A stretch of 34,650 bases of DNA, taken from positions 1 through 34,650 of the forward strand of contig CAZCZY010000078.1 in assembly GCA_964503525.1 (NCBI GenBank). Reading direction: 5' to 3'. The stretch's first letter is position 1. The number at the start of each line of letters is the position of its first letter. Under the pieces are notes generated by a model. The model had not been told where the DNA came from and did no database searches. It worked only from the letters and a program-made list of their open reading frames with translations. Of this stretch, positions 30,763 to 34,650 are shown piece after piece. Position numbers and translations under genes: made by a program. The stretch comes from an uncultured Candidatus Saccharibacteria bacterium. Lineage in GTDB: Bacteria > Patescibacteriota > JAUYIX01.

Positions 30763-31469
30763 TTGCTCTCAGGAAAGCCCTGACGGGCTTCATTACTTAA
30801 CTCAGCAATATATAGCGAATTTAGCCCAAACACGAAGGATTTTTGTCTCTTGATAATAAATCCGGCCTCGTCTAAGAAGGCCTGCACTTGTCGATGCGAC
30901 ATGCCAAGCATTTCGTGGGCATGATCAATGTCTCTTTCTTGGTGGTCAGGATCATTGTGGAAGCGAAGCCAATGAATAAACTTCCCCAACTTCGGCGGAA
31001 TCATTGTAATAAGAACTTGCCCATCTGGTTTCAGCACACGTACAGCTTCCTGAAGTGTTTGTAATCGATTAGGAATATGATTGAGACAAGCTAAAAAACT
31101 GACTGTGTTGAAAGTCCCGCTTTTAAAGGGCAGATGTGCAGTGTTTGGCACAACCTCGTCGCATCCCTCCCATGGGTATACATCGACTCCAACGCCATTT
31201 CCATAACTTCTAACAAAAAGGTTTGACCCGCAACCAATATCAAGGACTCGCCCCCGAACGTTGCGCAGAGCAACGATTACGCGTTCATCATCAATAGGCG
31301 TGAACCCAAGTCGCAATGATTTCTCTCGTGACAGTAAGCAAAGTAACGGAAATGCAATTCTACTTGCGACAATTTTTTTTAAAGTTGGCAAGCGAATTGT
31401 CTCACTGCTTGCAAAGTATGCGTGTCGAATTGTTGTTTTTTTTTCTAGCACGCGTTGCGATAACATCAT
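30759..31469 (-). CDS. class I SAM-dependent methyltransferase
   Basis: 236 aa. Motif I VLDIGCGSN, post-I VGVDV, FNTVSFLACLNHI and LKPDGQVLIT. Confidence 0.8.
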   Translation of the reverse strand: MMLSQRVLEKKTTIRHAYFASSETIRLPTLKKIVASRIAFPLLCLLSREKSLRLGFTPIDDERVIVALRNVRGRVLDIGCGSNLFVRSYGNGVGVDVYPWEGCDEVVPNTAHLPFKSGTFNTVSFLACLNHIPNRLQTLQEAVRVLKPDGQVLITMIPPKLGKFIHWLRFHNDPDHQERDIDHAHEMLGMSHRQVQAFLDEAGFIIKRQKSFVFGLNSLYIAELSNEARQGFPESN

Positions 31470-33184
31470 GGGAATAACTTAATCTTGCCCAAGAATACGA
31501 CGACGGGCTGTAGTTCATTTCCTAAAAAATTGGAGATCTCTATTTCATTTTCTATTGTACCACCGTGAGATGTAATGGCGGTCTGACACGAATCGTAAAA
31601 ATATAAGTTGTCTTTTAACGCGAATGCTGCGAACGTAAATGTCTGATCCGGGTTTGATCCCAATAGGCTTTTTACTTTAGCTTGATAGTCACGGTCATCA
31701 GTCATCATGCGATATAGCGGGTGATCGCTAATTTGCACTGTCGGAATGGATGCATCGATAAGCGCAATCAGCCCTGACGCACGCTCATTACAATTTAGGA
31801 AAATATCCGCCTCAAGTACAGCGCCCTCAGCTTCCTTTAGCTGCAACTTATTTTCCGCTAGGAAAGGTATCTGCGCTAAGTGCAGTTGAGAATTACTTAT
31901 CAAGGTGCGCCTCGCAGACATATCTGTTGTCAATGCAAATTTTAAAATATTTACATTTTGCCAAGTAATAAATGACAGAATGGCAACGAGCAAAAAAAGG
32001 GATCCGAGTTTGATTATTGGCCTTCTGTGTGCAAGGCCATCGTATAACAACTCGACGAGAGGAATTAGCAGGATGCCACCCAAAATGATTGCCACAGATA
32101 TGTACCGTTCCGCACCGAAGACAAGACTCCATACTGTGAAGCTGATAAACGTGATGGACGCCAACAGGACGATCGCACCAGACCTCCTTTTTTTCTTACG
32201 AAAATATAGCACAAGCACGGATATACTCGTGAGCCAGGTGAATGGCAACTTTAGGTCCGAAAAAAATGCGTATGGCACTCCAAGTCGTGAAGGATTTTCC
32301 AGCCATGTCACAGGCCAAAATAATTTCTCTATTTTTGTAGTCCCGCCCGTGTCATTGGTAAACCCAACACTGGGATAATATTGGGAGTGAAAAATATTGT
32401 TATAAAAGGTGAAAAAAGGATTGCCAGTACGAGACCAATTCTGGAAACCATAAAAAAACGAGGGGGCGATTACTAACAGCATGCAAATAACCACAATTAG
32501 AATTGAGCTTATCTCTATTTTTTTACCATAGGTATAACGCAAATAACTCCATGCCATCACAAGAAGTATGGGTAAAACGAAAGCAATTGCAGTAATTTTA
32601 CCCGCCAAGACGATTCCGATGATTGCCGATGAGATATAAAACTGCCATGGACTTGGTTTCTTTACAGACTGCAAAACAAGCAGTATTAAGATCATAATAA
32701 GTGAGGCGGTCAATATATCTACAAAATATGTTGCCACCTGAAACACTAAGCCCGTAACGATAACAGCATTTGCTGTGAGTAAGTAAAAAATTATAGGGTG
32801 CATCCTCCTTAAGTTATAACCAACTTCCCTGGCAAGTCGCAGCGCTACCCAGATGATCAGCCAGTATGCGACCAGCGAAACAATTGTTCCAAGTCTGTAT
32901 CCCGCTAGAGATCTGACTATATAATTAAGAATGTCAAATAGCGGAGACACATTCGCAAAACCCAGTGGATAGAATTCATTAACGCTAAAAGGCCAGCCCC
33001 AATTTTGAATGCCGCGCGCTCCATTGAAGAGGTGGTAAAGAAAAACATCCCCGGATGTGTCAGGCAGTAAAAATCGGTTTAGATAAATAACGAGAGGGAT
33101 TGTAAAAATTGCGATAATTAAAATCCATTCGATGACTTTCCTGCGATCGACTCTAAAATGTTTAAACGGGGGCGTCATTTTCAA
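31466..33184 (-). CDS. polytopic membrane protein, putative GT-C-type glycosyltransferase/polymerase with a C-terminal extracytoplasmic domain
   Basis: 572 aa. About 11-13 TM helices over the first ~400 aa. The first loop carries acidic/aromatic residues (LLPDTSGDVFLYHLFNG). Soluble ~150-aa C-terminus. ATGA overlap with the downstream methyltransferase. Family not confidently recognised. Confidence 0.6.
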   Translation of the reverse strand: MKMTPPFKHFRVDRRKVIEWILIIAIFTIPLVIYLNRFLLPDTSGDVFLYHLFNGARGIQNWGWPFSVNEFYPLGFANVSPLFDILNYIVRSLAGYRLGTIVSLVAYWLIIWVALRLAREVGYNLRRMHPIIFYLLTANAVIVTGLVFQVATYFVDILTASLIMILILLVLQSVKKPSPWQFYISSAIIGIVLAGKITAIAFVLPILLVMAWSYLRYTYGKKIEISSILIVVICMLLVIAPSFFYGFQNWSRTGNPFFTFYNNIFHSQYYPSVGFTNDTGGTTKIEKLFWPVTWLENPSRLGVPYAFFSDLKLPFTWLTSISVLVLYFRKKKRRSGAIVLLASITFISFTVWSLVFGAERYISVAIILGGILLIPLVELLYDGLAHRRPIIKLGSLFLLVAILSFITWQNVNILKFALTTDMSARRTLISNSQLHLAQIPFLAENKLQLKEAEGAVLEADIFLNCNERASGLIALIDASIPTVQISDHPLYRMMTDDRDYQAKVKSLLGSNPDQTFTFAAFALKDNLYFYDSCQTAITSHGGTIENEIEISNFLGNELQPVVVFLGKIKLFP

Positions 33185-33191
33185 ACAAACT

Positions 33192-34650
33192 TTAGCTTGA
33201 GCGCAGCGTTGAAAATTTCACAAGACTTAGGATTCGCTCTCTAAATGCGTGCTCATTGTAATTTCTTGCTCTTTCAACTGCGTTTTTTCGCACCTGCAAT
33301 ATCTTAGGTAACTCGTGAGCGCTGGCGATTTCGGCCGTAACTTTTTTAAGATCATCCAGAGATTTCCATAAAATGCCACTAACGTTATTTTCCACTATTT
33401 CTCTTTGTCCCGCGCTTGATACAACAATTGGAACACACCCCGCGGACATCGCTTCCACCGTTGTTATACCAAAGTGTTCAAGCTGCTCTGGATATTTGTT
33501 CTCATCCACATCGAATCCAGTCGCGTGCCAATAGATAGAAGATGATTGATAAAGTTTTTGTAACTGTTCTATTGGCTGATTCACATGAACATATACGGGT
33601 GCACCTTTTGCTGTTTCCATTATTTTTGCGAGATACTCCCGATGCTCTGGCTCTGGACGAAGTGCTCCCGATATGTGTAATTCCCAACCCTTTAGTGTTC
33701 CAGAATTTATCATTTCCTTAAAAGCTCCGACTAACTCTAGTTGCTTCTTATTATGCCCACCGACAAAGAATCTGCCGACATTTAGAATGTATTTACGTTT
33801 AGTCTCAGCCTGCTTGTCAAACGACAAGACGGGGGGAGGAATTATCTCTTGCGAAACCAAGTGACTCAAATGCAACTCATCTAATTTTTTGCTCACATGA
33901 TATTTAACGAACTCTGAATAAACTATCATCTTTTCGTATCCCAGCAGCCATTCCCGGCGCTGGTGCAGAATTGCACTTTCTGTCGGGAACGGGAACTGGC
34001 AAATGTAATAATTTTTTTTTCCCATGGGATATATTGGCGGTACGATGTTATTTCCCATGGCAAAAAAAATGTCATACCCCGACCGCTTTCGTGCCTCGTC
34101 TAAGGTAATAATATTTACTTCCCCTACATCCACACGCAATTGCTTCGCCACATTGACAAGACGAGACCGACTCCATGCATGAGGTGCGACCAATTCACAT
34201 TTCCCGAACTTCTGGGCTATTGATGCAATGCTCAATAGATAGCGCTCGCCTCCACCAGGTGAAATATCATAGGGGCTAAATAATCCAATTTTCGGTCTAG
34301 TTTCCGATGGCTTGAAAGTCTGTTTTATCGTCTGATCTTGTGCGCTTGCATTGCTGGCCTCCAACTCGTGGGACGGCTTTTTTATCCGGTCACTCCATCG
34401 AGCGAGAAACTTACTGCGATTTACGGTGACTATATTGTTTAGCTTCATCGAAGGGTCACGACTTGTGGCCCCTTCATGGTGAAAAACGACAGACGTTGGA
34501 CAGTAATACGTATTAAAACCAGCCCGCTCAATTTTAAAACACAGGTCAACGTCTTCGTAATAGGCGGGGTCATAACATTCATCAAAACCCAAAACGTCCA
34601 AGAAGAGTCTCTTTTTTATTAGAAGAGCAGCAGCTGAACAGTAATCCACG
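33192..34650 (-). CDS. GT2 (C-terminal part) - GT4 fusion glycosyltransferase, 5'-truncated by the window edge
   Basis: The N-terminal visible part is the tail of a GT2 fold (LGFDECYDPAYYEDVDLCFKIERAGF...VVFHHEG). The C-terminal half is GT4-like (EHFGITTVEAMSAGCVPIVVSSAGQREIVENNVSGILW). The frame runs off the window. Confidence 0.75.
   Translation of the reverse strand, partial: VDYCSAAALLIKKRLFLDVLGFDECYDPAYYEDVDLCFKIERAGFNTYYCPTSVVFHHEGATSRDPSMKLNNIVTVNRSKFLARWSDRIKKPSHELEASNASAQDQTIKQTFKPSETRPKIGLFSPYDISPGGGERYLLSIASIAQKFGKCELVAPHAWSRSRLVNVAKQLRVDVGEVNIITLDEARKRSGYDIFFAMGNNIVPPIYPMGKKNYYICQFPFPTESAILHQRREWLLGYEKMIVYSEFVKYHVSKKLDELHLSHLVSQEIIPPPVLSFDKQAETKRKYILNVGRFFVGGHNKKQLELVGAFKEMINSGTLKGWELHISGALRPEPEHREYLAKIMETAKGAPVYVHVNQPIEQLQKLYQSSSIYWHATGFDVDENKYPEQLEHFGITTVEAMSAGCVPIVVSSAGQREIVENNVSGILWKSLDDLKKVTAEIASAHELPKILQVRKNAVERARNYNEHAFRERILSLVKFSTLRSS

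Noticed and set aside
1-34650. Scan for mobile elements, prophage genes, tRNA/rRNA, CRISPR-Cas, reverse transcriptases and known defence genes
   Set aside because: None was recognised by eye in any frame or intergenic gap. All gaps are 306 nt or shorter. This is a negative result from manual reading only and should be confirmed with tRNAscan-SE, Infernal, ISEScan and DefenseFinder.

Overview
This is a 34.65-kb bacterial chromosomal window, densely coding on both strands, with about 45 CDS. By eye I found no rRNA, tRNA, CRISPR array, transposase, integrase or recognisable defence gene.

The gene content suggests an uncultivated monoderm-type lineage, possibly Patescibacteria/CPR-like, but the taxon cannot be established from this window. 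The supporting features are a BdbC/BdbD-type disulfide pair, membrane-anchored and lipoprotein exoproteins, a CWB2-like protein, a class II RNR, many GT2/GtrA/DUF2304 envelope-glycosylation genes and divergent ribosomal proteins. Gene organisation is compact, with ATGA-type overlaps, clear Shine-Dalgarno sites and rho-independent terminators.

Layout:
- 1-4.3 kb: RmlC-like cupin, CWB2-like protein, a secreted beta-rich protein, then Nudix, DUF488 and an orphan receiver-like protein.
- 4.3-7.9 kb: a copper/redox neighbourhood. A CopC-like lipoprotein and a CopC-like/cupredoxin fusion lie divergent from pyrD-dsbB-dsbA.
- 7.9-11.7 kb: EEP nuclease, a DEDDh exonuclease plus MazG-like NTP-PPase operon, small orphan genes and a HAD hydrolase.
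- 11.9-13.0 kb: infC (ATT start)-rpmI-rplT.
- 13.1-17.2 kb: VanZ plus three unassignable proteins, one of them 772 aa.
- 17.2-20.1 kb: an orphan RelE/ParE-like toxin immediately behind nrdJ.
- 20.4-34.65 kb: envelope biogenesis. This covers GT2+GtrA, an SLT-like lipoprotein, an M23 peptidase, MscS, an S2P-CBS protease, three GT2 genes, an RmlA-like nucleotidyltransferase, GT2+DUF2304, a methyltransferase, a GT-C-like membrane protein and a GT2-GT4 fusion. The last ~5 kb is visibly more A+T-rich.

I did not find a clear-cut novel multi-gene system. The best second-look candidates are:
- the CX5C-variant CopC/cupredoxin pair next to the pyrD-coupled Dsb operon;
- the apparently frameshifted, antitoxin-less RelE behind nrdJ;
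- the leaderless-looking 772-aa protein operon;
- the beta-barrel-like secreted protein;
- the A+T-rich glycosylation island.

All family calls rest on motifs read by eye. No homology search was possible.
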